From the NCBI GenBank assembly GCA_963709845.1, contig CAVPXV010000006.1:644098-708097 (forward strand): 64,000 nucleotides of DNA, written 5' to 3'. Both the position numbers and the translations under genes were made by a program. The stretch is from an uncultured Thermoleophilia bacterium. Lineage in GTDB: Bacteria; Actinomycetota; Thermoleophilia; UBA2241. Below, piece by piece: positions 37,693-47,159 of this stretch (positions are counted from its first letter, which is position 1; every line of letters begins with the position of its first letter). Below the pieces are notes generated by a model that was given only the letters and a program-made list of their open reading frames with translations, was not told the origin of the DNA and made no database searches.

Positions 37693-39124
37693 TCAGTACT
37701 TCATCGGGGCAAGCTTGCCGTTCTCCGGGATGGTGACGTTGTAGGGCGCCGCCGCCGCGTGAGCGGTGTCGACGAGCAGCAGGTCGAACGGGTACTTGGT
37801 GCCCTTGGCCCACATGCCGCCCACGAGCACGGTCTTGCAGACGTTCGGGACCGGGTTCAGCGGCCCGCCCGTCCACGTGATCAAGCCCTGGATCGTGTTG
37901 AGGTTGGTGGCCTTGATCGCGTCGACGATGACTTGCTTGTCGTCGACGTTGGTGGTGCGCTTGAGGGCGTCGACGACGACCTCGAACACGGCGTAGTGCA
38001 GCAGGGGCTGCGTCCACTCCTTGCCGTCTCGAGGCGGTCCAGGCGTCGGCCAGCTGCTGCGTGGTCTGGCCCGTGAGCGACGACTTGAACGGGTGCCAGG
38101 GCGACCACCACACCTCGGTGGTGAGGCCGTAGCCGATGGACCCGATCGCCTCGAGCTCAGCCGGGAACAGGAGGGCCTTGCCGACGGTCGCGGCCACCGG
38201 CTTGAACCCCTGCTGGTAGGACTGCTTCCAGAAGTTCACGAAGTCCGGCGGGATGAAGACGCCGCTGAGGATCTCGCAGCCGGCGGCCTTGAACTTGCTG
38301 ATCTGCGGCGTGTAGTCCTGCGTGCCGTCCTGGAAGCGGCCGCCGTCGACGAACGTGTAGCCGGCCGCCTTGAGCAGGGGCGGCTGGCCGGTCTTGGGGT
38401 CGGCCCAGCCCTTGCCGTCGGCGTCGTTCGGCCACATCTCGCCGACCAGCTTGTTGGTCTGGAGCTGGTCCCACATGCCGGTGAAGACCGCCGTCACGTC
38501 CTCGAGGCCCCAGAAGGCGTGGTACGTCCACTTGAAAGGCACCGGGTGGGCGGGATCCTTCTGGCGGCCGAAGAAGTACGGCTGCCACGGGCAGTCGTTG
38601 GAGACGCAGGGCACACCGAACGACTCAGCCGCGGAGGAGACCGGGTTCACGGTGTCAGGCGTCGAGGCGACCATCATGATGTCGACGCCGTCGTTGTTGA
38701 TGAGGTCGCCGGCGACGGTGGCGGCGCGGCTCGTGTCCGACTGCGAGTCCTTGGTGATGATCTCGATCGGGTGCGTCTGGCCGTCGCCGCACTTGACGCC
38801 GCCCTTGACGGCCGCGTTCCACTGCTGGACGAGGAACTGGTCGGTCTCGCCGAACGCGGCCAGCGGGCCGGTGAGCGGGGTCACGAAGCCGACCTTGATG
38901 GGGCGGCCCGTGGCGGCCGCGCTGCCGCTGGCGCCGCTGGAACTGCTGCTGCTTCCGCAGGCGGCCAGGACGCTGCTGGCGCCGCCGGCGGCTCCGGCCA
39001 CGCCGAACGCGGCGCCGGCCACGCCCGCGACCTTGAGGAAGTCGCGGCGGGTGACGGGCTTCTTGCCGAACCCCCTGTCCTCCGGCTGCGAGGCCTCGTT
39101 GGATGTGCGCTCGTCTGAACTCAT
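37693..39124 (-). CDS. ABC transporter substrate-binding lipoprotein (Liv/amide family) with a Tat signal, and a +1 frameshift near 38028
   Basis: ATG at 39124 with AAGGAGG. TRRDFLKVAGVAGAA...LAAC lipobox. The C-terminal 98 aa (FEVVVDALKRT...PMKY) are in the frame of ORF 37693..37989. Confidence 0.8.
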
Positions 39125-39442
39125 GCCGCCTCCTTGCTTGGTACCGCCAGATGTGCGGCTCGCGCACGACCCGCACCCGTGCAAGAACCCCCCTTGGGTC
39201 CTTTCGGTCTACCAGGCCGGCGGGCGCCCTCCGGCGCCCCGGAGCGACCCGCCGACGACGCGGTCACCCCTGCCTGGATGGAGCCTGTCAGTATGGCGTC
39301 TCCGCACCTCCCGTGGCATCCACCATGCGGACGGTCTTTCCCACGATACGGGCATCATATAGCCGCTCGGTAGCCTGTCAAGCATCGCCGGGGCCGCTCG
39401 GCCGCCACCCGACCGTCCGCCATGCGGACGGTGCGCCCCGCG

Positions 39443-40273
39443 TCACGCCGAGCCCACGAGCTCGGCTGAGAGGTCGAGCCGTTCGACGACCTCGGCCACG
39501 GTCGCCGGCTCCTTCTGCAGCGAGCGGGCGATGCGCACGAGCCGCTCGACGAGCTGCGCGTTGGAGGCGGCCGGCACGCCCTTGTCGAGCGTCAGCGTGT
39601 CCTCCATCCCGGTGCGAGCGTTGCCGCCCATAGCGAGGCCGATGGTCGTCATCGGCAGATTGGCCTTGGCCACGGCGATGACCTGCCAGCTCGTGCCCTC
39701 CGGCAGCTCGCGCACCAGGTACGCGAGCAGCGCGGGGTCGCCCTTCATGCCGCCGCGCACGCCCATCACGAACGAGACCTGAAGCGGCTCGGCGAGCAGT
39801 CCCTTGTGCACGAGGTAGAGCATCATCTCGAGGTGTCCGGTGTCGTAGATCTCGACCTCGGGCTTGACGCCGAGCTCCATCATGCGCGCCGCCAGCTCCA
39901 TCATCTGCTTCGGCGGATTGCGGAACTCGGCGGGGCCGAACGTCATGGTGCACGGGTTGAGCGTAGCCATCGCGGGCTTGGCCTCGACCATCCTCATGCG
40001 GTCCTCGTAGGTGAAGGCAAGGCCGCCGGTGGAGAGCTGCACGATCCCGGGGCACGCGGCGCGCACGGCCTCCACGGTACGTCGCGCGACGTCCAGATCC
40101 ACGGTCATGTTGCCGTCGTCGTCGCGCAAGTGGATGTGGATCACGGCCGCGCCGGCGTCGTAGGACGACTTGGCGGCGGCGGCGATCTCGGCCACCGTGC
40201 CGGGCATCCCTGGGTTGTCCGCCTTGGTCGCCACGGGGCCGGTGAGCGCCGCGGTGATGATGGGGTTGGGCAT
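39443..40273 (-). CDS. BKACE-family (3-keto-5-aminohexanoate cleavage enzyme-like, DUF849) beta-keto acid cleavage enzyme
   Basis: ATG at 40273 with GAGGAGG. MPNPIITAALTGP...IHIHLRD...GLEM TIM-barrel signature. Confidence 0.8.
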   Translation of the reverse strand: MPNPIITAALTGPVATKADNPGMPGTVAEIAAAAKSSYDAGAAVIHIHLRDDDGNMTVDLDVARRTVEAVRAACPGIVQLSTGGLAFTYEDRMRMVEAKPAMATLNPCTMTFGPAEFRNPPKQMMELAARMMELGVKPEVEIYDTGHLEMMLYLVHKGLLAEPLQVSFVMGVRGGMKGDPALLAYLVRELPEGTSWQVIAVAKANLPMTTIGLAMGGNARTGMEDTLTLDKGVPAASNAQLVERLVRIARSLQKEPATVAEVVERLDLSAELVGSA

Positions 40274-40460
40274 GGTGGCCTCCTCGAAGGTGGCTGCGGT
40301 CAGGGAGTCTGATGAAGCGGGCCGGGCGACGCCGCGAGAGGAGAAGCGGCGGCGCCGCGCGCCGGCGGCGCCGCAGAAGGCGCCGCGAGGGCGCGGGCGG
40401 CGGCAGGGGTCACGCTGCCGCCCGCGCCCTGTGCGGCGACGGAGGTCCCGCGACGCTCCA

Positions 40461-40811
40461 TCAGGCGTCGCGAGGTTCCGGGTACGGGATGGCGACCAGC
40501 ATCGAGGCGGGGGAGTTGGTGCGGTTCTCGATCGCGCGCGACTCGTTGGGGGCAAGGTAGCAGGAGTCCCACTTCTTCAGCGTCACCTCGCCCTCGGGTG
40601 TGATCACCGTGACCTCACCCTCGAGCACGAAGTAGACCTTCTCGACGGGCGTGGCGTCCTCGAAGGCGCCGCCCTTGGGCAGGAAGTGAGAGAGGCCCAT
40701 CCAGAAGTTGCGCGTCTTGCTGACCTCGAAGCCCTGCAGGCGGAGTCCGAAACACTCGTGATGCTTGGGCGCCTCGTACGGGGGGGCCTCGTCGTAGCGG
40801 GTGACTTCCAT
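40461..40811 (-). CDS. Cupin-domain protein (116 aa)
   Basis: ATG at 40811 with GGAAGGAG. Small beta-barrel cupin motifs. The start lies 2 nt after the cyclase stop. Confidence 0.7.
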   Translation of the reverse strand: MEVTRYDEAPPYEAPKHHECFGLRLQGFEVSKTRNFWMGLSHFLPKGGAFEDATPVEKVYFVLEGEVTVITPEGEVTLKKWDSCYLAPNESRAIENRTNSPASMLVAIPYPEPRDA

Positions 40812-40813
40812 GC

Positions 40814-41629
40814 TCACTCCTTCCCGGTCGGGATGCGGAACTCGCCCGTGGGGTCGACCATGGCGACCACACGCACGATGGAGCCGTCGCCCTTCTCCCA
40901 GCGGATCGGGAAGGCGGCGATGGTGACCCGCTTGCCCGTGACCTTGTCGATGTCGGCGCCGCAGACGTTCTCGAAGCCCACCATGCCGTTGCCGAGGATC
41001 AGGCGGTGGCAGGGCTCCCAATCCGGGAAGTCGTCCTGGATGGGGTGGCCTTTGACCTCCTCGTACTCCTTGACCACCTTGGGCAGCAGCGGTCCGGGGC
41101 CGTGCATGCCGATGGCCGTCGCCAGGGGGTGGTCGAGCGCCTGCTGGTCGACGCCGACGCCCTTGGCGCCGACCTCGAGGAGGTACTCGACGGCGCTCGG
41201 CACGAGACCGGGCGAGTACGCGAAGTACTTCTGCGAGTCGCTGTAGTACTTGTGCCAGCCGCAGTTGATGATCACGAGGTCGCCCGCCTGGATCTTGGGA
41301 GTCGCGTTCTCGAGGTCCTCACGGGTGATCGGCGCCCAGTCCTCGGTCTTGGGGATGGAGAGCACGACGCCGGGCCCGAAGTACTTGTAGAGCGGCACCT
41401 GATCGGTGAACTCGGTGCCCTCGATCACGTGCGCGGGCGCGTCGGCGTGCGTCGTGCAGTGCATCACGGTGGTGATCTTCTGCGACAGGACGCCAGACTT
41501 GGCGTGGTAGTGCATGCGCTCGATCTTGACGTCCTCGAAGTACGGCCAGAGCGGCGCGTTGTGGCCGAAGGTCGCGCTCAGGTCGTAGAACTCGAGGCCG
41601 GTCCTCGGATCGTTCGGCTGCTGATCCAT
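40814..41629 (-). CDS. Putative cyclase / arylformamidase (kynurenine formamidase-like) family protein
   Basis: HCTTHADAPAH and related blocks of the cyclase family. Confidence 0.8.
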   Translation of the reverse strand: MDQQPNDPRTGLEFYDLSATFGHNAPLWPYFEDVKIERMHYHAKSGVLSQKITTVMHCTTHADAPAHVIEGTEFTDQVPLYKYFGPGVVLSIPKTEDWAPITREDLENATPKIQAGDLVIINCGWHKYYSDSQKYFAYSPGLVPSAVEYLLEVGAKGVGVDQQALDHPLATAIGMHGPGPLLPKVVKEYEEVKGHPIQDDFPDWEPCHRLILGNGMVGFENVCGADIDKVTGKRVTIAAFPIRWEKGDGSIVRVVAMVDPTGEFRIPTGKE

Positions 41630-41670
41630 AGCTCCTCCAGGGGTCGCGGATGGCCGTGGCGTTGTCCGTA

Positions 41671-41692
41671 ATGCGGAACGGGCTTGCCGTAT
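41671..41692. promoter_or_regulatory. Candidate operator ATGCGG-N10-CCGTAT (recurrent motif, site 1) upstream of the cyclase-cupin-BKACE operon
   Basis: GTAATGCGGAACGGGCTTGCCGTATCG read directly. Shares the ATGCGG/CCGCAT arms with the sites at 49843 and 56647. Confidence 0.3.
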
Positions 41693-41725
41693 CGTGGATA
41701 CGCTACTCGCGCCGCGAAGGCGGTG

Positions 41726-42547
41726 TCAATACTCGCCGGCGTTGCCCGGGACCACCGGTACATCGCCGCTGAGGGCGCGCTGGATATCGTCGCAGACGCG
41801 CACGAGCGCCGCCGCCACGCGCTCCTCGTTGCCTTCGAGGCGGGCGGCGGGCATGACCACCGTGACGGCCGCCAGCGAGCCCGCCGCGTCGCGGATCGCG
41901 GCGCCCACGGCGGAGACGCCGATCGTGTGCTCCTGATGGTCGTAGGCGACGCCGGTGACGCGCACCAGGTCGAGCTCCTTGAGAAGGGCTTCGCGGTTGA
42001 CGTTGGTGTGCGTAGTGAGGGGCCGCAGCTGTCGGGGGATCAGGCGCTCCACCTCGGCGCGCGTCAAGGCCGAGAGCAGCGCCTTGCCGCAGGCCGTGCA
42101 GTACAAGGGGAAGCGGTCACCGACCTCGGCGACGACGCGCAACGAGCGCGACGAGACGAACTGGTTGGTGAACAGAGCTTCGTCGCCGTCCAGGACCACC
42201 AGCTCCACCGTCTCGTGCAGCTCGTGGGAGAGTCGCTCCAGGTAGGGCGACGCCTCGTGGCGAAGGTCGCGGCGGCCGGCCGCGGCGATGCCGATGAGAC
42301 CCGCGCCGATGTGCAGTCTGCCGCTCGGCGAGACACGCATGAAGCCCTCACTCACCAGCGTGCCCACGATGCGGTACGCGGTGGAGCGCGGCAAGCGGAC
42401 GCGGTCGGCGATCTCGATCGCGGTGAGTCCTTCCGGCGCGGCGGAGAGCGCGCGCAGCATCTGCGCCGCGCGTTCCAGCACCTGCACACCGTCGCGCCGC
42501 TCCTTCACGCTCCCCTCCCCCACGGTGGCTTGCGATTGCCGTTCCAT
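41726..42547 (-). CDS. IclR-family transcriptional regulator
   Basis: HTH (LTAIEIADRVRLPRSTAYRIVGTL) plus an IclR effector domain. Confidence 0.85.
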   Translation of the reverse strand: MERQSQATVGEGSVKERRDGVQVLERAAQMLRALSAAPEGLTAIEIADRVRLPRSTAYRIVGTLVSEGFMRVSPSGRLHIGAGLIGIAAAGRRDLRHEASPYLERLSHELHETVELVVLDGDEALFTNQFVSSRSLRVVAEVGDRFPLYCTACGKALLSALTRAEVERLIPRQLRPLTTHTNVNREALLKELDLVRVTGVAYDHQEHTIGVSAVGAAIRDAAGSLAAVTVVMPAARLEGNEERVAAALVRVCDDIQRALSGDVPVVPGNAGEY

Positions 42548-42571
42548 ACACGTACGACGAGCGCCGCGGCG

Positions 42572-43513
42572 CTAGGCGCCGCGCTCCTCGTCGGTGAGTA
42601 CATGCACGAGATAGCGCACGAGACGCGCGCGGGACGCGGCCGCTTCCTCCGCGCTCCAGCTCTGGAAGCCGCGACCCGTCTTGAAGCCGAGATCGCCGGC
42701 CGCGACCCGCTCGCGCAGGAGCGGAGACGGCTCACCCGACGCCTCCAGGTGCGGCAGGATGTAGTCGTGGATCGCCAGCGTGAGGTCGAGGCCCACCATG
42801 TCGGCGTTCTCCATCGGCGCCAGTATGGGCAGCCGCAGACCGGGGCCGAAGCGGATGCTCTCGTCCACCGTGGCGGCGTCGGCGATGCCGTGCTCCACGA
42901 TCGAGATGGCCTCACGCCACAGCGCATGCTGCAGGCGGTTCGCGACGAAGCCCGGGACGTCCTTCTTGCAGTCGATCGGATGCTTGCCCACGCGGCGCAG
43001 GATCGCCATCGTCCGCTGCACGACGTCGTCGGACACCTCGGCCGTCCGCACCACCTCCACCAGGGGGATGAGGTAGGGCGGGTTCCAGAAGTGAGTGCCC
43101 ACGATGCGCCGTTTGTGAATCGCCCTGGAGGCGATCTCGGTGATGCTCATCACCGAGGTGTTCGTGCACAGGATGGTCTCGGGCGGGCAGGCGGCGTCGA
43201 GCTCCTGGAACACGTTCTGCTTGAGCTCGAGGTCCTCGAACACGCACTCGACCACGAACGCGGCCCCCGTCGCGGCGGCGCGCAGGTCGGTGGTGGTGCT
43301 GACGCGCCTCACGGCGGGCTCGATGTCGTCCGCCGTGCCCAGCCCGTTCTCGGCCAGGAAGCTCAGGTTGGCGCGCACGGCGCCGGGGGCGCGCTCCAGC
43401 GCCTCGGGGTACACGTCCTGGAGCGTCACGTCGTGCCCGGCGAGGGCGAACACCTGGGCGATGCCGACGCCCATCATGCCCGCGCCGATGACGGCCACGT
43501 GTTCGTTGGCCAC
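42572..43513 (-). CDS. hbd: 3-hydroxyacyl-CoA / 3-hydroxybutyryl-CoA dehydrogenase
   Basis: GTG at 43513 with GAGGAGG 6 nt upstream. VAVIGAGMMGVGIAQV Rossmann motif and a C-terminal dimerisation domain. Confidence 0.85.
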   Translation of the reverse strand: MANEHVAVIGAGMMGVGIAQVFALAGHDVTLQDVYPEALERAPGAVRANLSFLAENGLGTADDIEPAVRRVSTTTDLRAAATGAAFVVECVFEDLELKQNVFQELDAACPPETILCTNTSVMSITEIASRAIHKRRIVGTHFWNPPYLIPLVEVVRTAEVSDDVVQRTMAILRRVGKHPIDCKKDVPGFVANRLQHALWREAISIVEHGIADAATVDESIRFGPGLRLPILAPMENADMVGLDLTLAIHDYILPHLEASGEPSPLLRERVAAGDLGFKTGRGFQSWSAEEAAASRARLVRYLVHVLTDEERGA

Positions 43514-43539
43514 GGTCAGCCTCCTCGAGGTGAAGCGGC

Positions 43540-44334
43540 TCAGCCGGCGGTGCTGCCGCCGTCGACCATCAGGATGTCGCCGGTCACGAAGTCGGAGGCC
43601 GCCGACGCCAGGTAGACGGTCGCGCCGATGAAGTCCTGCGGATCCGCGGCGCGTCCCCACGGGATGCGCTGCATGAAGACCTTGTAGAGCTCGGGATCGT
43701 CGAGGACCTGCTGCGTGAGAGGCGTCCAGAAGATGCACGGGGCGATGGAGTTCACGTTGATGTGGTACTTGGCCCACTCGGTGGCGAGCTGCTTGGTGAG
43801 CAGGTGAACGGCTCCCTTGGCGGTGCCGTATGCAGAGTAGCCGCCGGGATGGCCCAGCTCGCCGCGCACCGAGCCGACGGTGATGACCTTGCCGCCGCCC
43901 TGGGCGATCATGCGCTTGCCGGCGGCCTGACAGACGATGTAGGTGCCCTTGACCAGCGAGTCCATGACCTTCTGCCACTCGTCGATCGGGAACTCCTCGG
44001 CGGCGAAGCGGTTGGCCTGGCCGGCGGCGCTGACGAGGATGTCGACCTTGCCGAACTCGTCGACGGTCTTCTGGACCATGGCCTCGACGCTGTCCGGGTC
44101 GGTGGCGTCGCAGGAGATCGGCAGCACCCTGGTGCCGGCCTCGGCGATGTCGGCCGCCGCGGCCTCCAGGTTCTCCACCCGGCGGCTGGTGACGACGACG
44201 TCGGCGCCGTAGGCGGCGAGGCCCTTTGCGGCGGCGTGGCCGAACGCGCCGGACCCGCCGGTGACGATGGCCGTCTTGCCGCTCAGGTCGAACAGGCCGC
44301 GCATCTTCTCGAGACTCCAGATCTCACGTTCCAT
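43540..44334 (-). CDS. SDR-family oxidoreductase
   Basis: ATG at 44334 with GAGAGGAG. TGGSGAFG...YSAYGTAKGAV has the YxxxK motif. Confidence 0.8.
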   Translation of the reverse strand: MEREIWSLEKMRGLFDLSGKTAIVTGGSGAFGHAAAKGLAAYGADVVVTSRRVENLEAAAADIAEAGTRVLPISCDATDPDSVEAMVQKTVDEFGKVDILVSAAGQANRFAAEEFPIDEWQKVMDSLVKGTYIVCQAAGKRMIAQGGGKVITVGSVRGELGHPGGYSAYGTAKGAVHLLTKQLATEWAKYHINVNSIAPCIFWTPLTQQVLDDPELYKVFMQRIPWGRAADPQDFIGATVYLASAASDFVTGDILMVDGGSTAG

Positions 44335-44542
44335 CGCACTTCTCCTCTCGCATGGGACCGGCGCCGCTGAAAGCGCCCAGCCCGCCCGGCGCACGTCTCG
44401 GGACCCGACGAGGAGGCGTCAGGCCGGAACGGCGACGGCGAGTCACGACGCACAGAGGCGCTCGTCGTGAGGGCTCTCCGGCCGCCCGGGCGGCTGTCCG
44501 CCCACCCCTCCCGAACCGCCGATCGCACGCCCGATAACCGCG

Positions 44543-44571
44543 ATGCGGAACAGCGGTTCCATCATGCGAAC
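44543..44571. promoter_or_regulatory. Direct repeat ATGCGGAAC...ATGCGAAC with an embedded GGAAC-AGCG-GTTCC palindrome (recurrent motif, site 2) in the 245-bp gap upstream of the SDR/hbd operon
   Basis: Read directly; related half-sites to the other ATGCGG sites. Confidence 0.25.
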
Positions 44572-44640
44572 ACTATTGCAGGTGCCCCGGGGCAGGTCAA
44601 GCATCCTCGAGAGGCCCGCGGCGGCGGCCGTGGAGACCCC

Positions 44641-45402
44641 TCAGACGCGAGCCGTGAGACCGCCGTCGACGTAGAGGATCTGGCCGGTCACGAAGCCGGC
44701 CGCGGGCGACGCGAGGAAGAGCACCGGGCCGACCACGTCGGCGGCCTCCGCCCAACGGCCCATGGGGATGCTGGCGCGCAGGGCGGCCGCGAACGCCTCG
44801 TCGGCAAGGACGGCGCGCGTCAGGTCGGTCTCGACGAACGTCGGCGCGACGGCGTTGACGCGGATGCCGAACTCCGCCCACTGCGCCGCCAGCGAGCGCG
44901 TCATCGAGTCGACCGCACCCTTGCTGGCGGAGTACTCCGTCTGGCCGAACGGCGCGCCGTAGCGGCCGCGCACGGAGGACAGATTGACGATAGCGCCGCC
45001 TCCGCGGCGGGCCATGAGCGCGCCGACCGCCTGACAACAGAGGAACGTGCCGGTGGCGTTGACGTCGAGGATGCGCCGCCACTCCGCCGGCGGCAGGGCC
45101 TCGGCGCGCACACGGACGGTGACACCGGCGGCGTTGACGAGGATGTCCACGCCGCCGAGGCCGGCCTCGGCCTCCTCGGCCATGGCGCGCACGGACGCTT
45201 CGTCGGTGACGTCGACGCCCAAGGCGAGAGCGGCACCGCCGGCGCCCTCCAGCTCGCGGGCCAGCGCCGCCGCGCGCGTCGCGTCGGCGTCCGCCACGGC
45301 GACGGCCGCTCCATGCGCCGCCAGGCCGCGCGCCACGGCAGCTCCCAGACCCCCGGCGCCGACGACGATGGCGCGCCGACCGCCGATGTCGAACTCGTTC
45401 AT
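44641..45402 (-). CDS. SDR-family oxidoreductase
   Basis: GGGAGGA RBS. VVGAGGLG...YSASKGAV SDR motifs. Confidence 0.8.
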   Translation of the reverse strand: MNEFDIGGRRAIVVGAGGLGAAVARGLAAHGAAVAVADADATRAAALARELEGAGGAALALGVDVTDEASVRAMAEEAEAGLGGVDILVNAAGVTVRVRAEALPPAEWRRILDVNATGTFLCCQAVGALMARRGGGAIVNLSSVRGRYGAPFGQTEYSASKGAVDSMTRSLAAQWAEFGIRVNAVAPTFVETDLTRAVLADEAFAAALRASIPMGRWAEAADVVGPVLFLASPAAGFVTGQILYVDGGLTARV

Positions 45403-45452
45403 CGCGTCCTCCCTGCGTCCGTGACCGGCGGCCGCGCGCCGGCCAGGCGACC

Positions 45453-46187
45453 TCAGGGGCCAGTCAGCTCGGCCCGGATCTCGTCCCTCGTCCTCAGCAG
45501 CGCCGCCGTCACGTCCCGCTCGCTCTCGGCGAAGCGGGCGGCCGGCATGGGCACGGCGATCGAGGCGGCGCTCCCGTCCACGTCGGTGACCGCCACGGCG
45601 ACGGCGCAGATCCCCTGCCGCAGCTCCTCGCGCTCGTAGCCGAGGCCGGTGGAGCGCACGTCCTCGAGCTCGCGCAGGAGCTCATCGCGCGTCTTGGCAG
45701 CGCCGTCGCGCGAGGGATCCAGCTTCTGCGGCAGGCGCTTGCGGAGCTCCTCGAGGGTCAGCTGCGCGAGCAGGACCTTGCCGCTCGCCATCCTGTAGGC
45801 GGGGAAGCTCGCGCCGACGCGCGCGATCGCCATGAGCTCGCGCCGCGGGGCGGGGTGCTGCGCCAGGAAGATCACCCTCGAGCCGTCCAGCACCGCCAGG
45901 TCGACGGTCTCGTTGAGATCAAGCGAGAGACGCTCGAGATACGGCTCCAGGACGGCGCCGAGGTCGCGACGGCCGAGGACCGCCAGACGCAGGAGGCCGC
46001 GGCCGAGCTCGCGCCGTCCGGTCTCGCCGTCGACGAACACGTATCCCACTTGTTCCAGGGCGGTGCAGATGCGATGCACGGTGGTCTTCGGCAGGCCGGT
46101 CTGAGCGGCGAGCTGGGCGAGGCTTTGGCCGCCGCGGGACTCCGCGAGGGCGGCGAGGATCGCCGCCGCCCTCGTGATCACCTGCAT
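45453..46187 (-). CDS. IclR-family transcriptional regulator
   Basis: ATG at 46187 with GGAAGGGG. HTH (QSLAQLAAQTGLPKTTVHRICTAL) plus an effector domain. This is the C-terminal part of the spurious 669-aa tracked ORF. Confidence 0.8.
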   Translation of the reverse strand: MQVITRAAAILAALAESRGGQSLAQLAAQTGLPKTTVHRICTALEQVGYVFVDGETGRRELGRGLLRLAVLGRRDLGAVLEPYLERLSLDLNETVDLAVLDGSRVIFLAQHPAPRRELMAIARVGASFPAYRMASGKVLLAQLTLEELRKRLPQKLDPSRDGAAKTRDELLRELEDVRSTGLGYEREELRQGICAVAVAVTDVDGSAASIAVPMPAARFAESERDVTAALLRTRDEIRAELTGP

Positions 46188-46324
46188 CCCGCCCCTTCCG
46201 GCTTCGCCCTCGCCCTCTCGCACCATGTCCGGACCCTCCTCGGCCGCAGCCGGTGAGACCGTTTCGGCGGCGGCGAGCCTCGCGTGGCGGACCGGCGCCC
46301 GCCGCGACCGGCCGCCGGGCGCCG

Positions 46325-47159
46325 CTACGCCTTCTCCAGGACCACCGTTCCGGCGTTGACGCTCGCCTCGGCCGTGACCTTCATCCCGGCCGGCCTGTAC
46401 CCGGGCGCCTCGACCCTGATCGTGTACTCCTTGCCCGGCTCGAGGCGGTCGACGAGCGCCTCCCCGAAGACGTCGCCGGTCGCCGCCCCGACGACCGCTC
46501 CGTCGAGCTCCACGGTGAGCGTGGCGCCGGCACCGCACTCGTCGGTGTCGCCGTAGACGACGCGTGCAGGCGACGAAGACCTTGTCCCAGCGGTGGAGGT
46601 TCCTGTAGTACACGCGGGGCTTGGTGCCGAGGCCGTCGCGGTAGCGCTCGAGGCCCTCGTCGGCGACGCGGCGCGCGAACTCCGCGTCGTCGGCCAGCAC
46701 CAGCTTGATGGCATCGGTCGGGCACACCTGGGAGCAGCGCGTCTCGGTCCAGCCGTCGTCGAGGAGGTGGGCACAGCCCGTGCACTTCTGCGCCAGCTGC
46801 TTCTCCTCGTTCCAGTAGATGGCGCCGTAGGGGCAGCTGGCGACGATCTCGCGACGCCCGGCGGCCTTGACGGGGTCGATGATCACGAGGCCGTCGTCAC
46901 GCCTGTAGACGGCGCCGTCGGCGGTGAGGCACGGCGCCTCGTCGCAGTGCATGCAGGGCATCGGCAGGTAGGCGGTCTGCACGATCGGGTACTGGCCGCG
47001 CTCCTTGCGCTTGATGTTCATCCAGCGGTGGCCGTGCCAGGGCTGGGCCGCCGAGTAGGGCGGGAAGTCGTTGTCGACGAACTCGTCCTTGTCGGCCAGG
47101 AAGCAGTCGTTGCAGTCGTGGCAGCGGGCGACGTCGATGATCAGGTGCCACTTCTTCAT
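46325..47159 (-). CDS. Copy 1 of the iron-sulfur beta subunit (3x[4Fe-4S] ferredoxin plus a C-terminal beta-barrel domain) of a pyrogallol-transhydroxylase-like molybdoenzyme, with one frameshift near 46570
   Basis: ATG at 47159 (GGGAGGG) overlapping the alpha-1 stop (ATGA). MKKWHLIIDVARCHDCNDC...CMHCDEAPC...CTGCAHLLDDGWTETRC. C-terminal VVYGDTDECGAGATLTVELDG...TVVLEKA is in a second frame (ORF 46325..46774). Paralog of 59343..60170. Confidence 0.75.
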
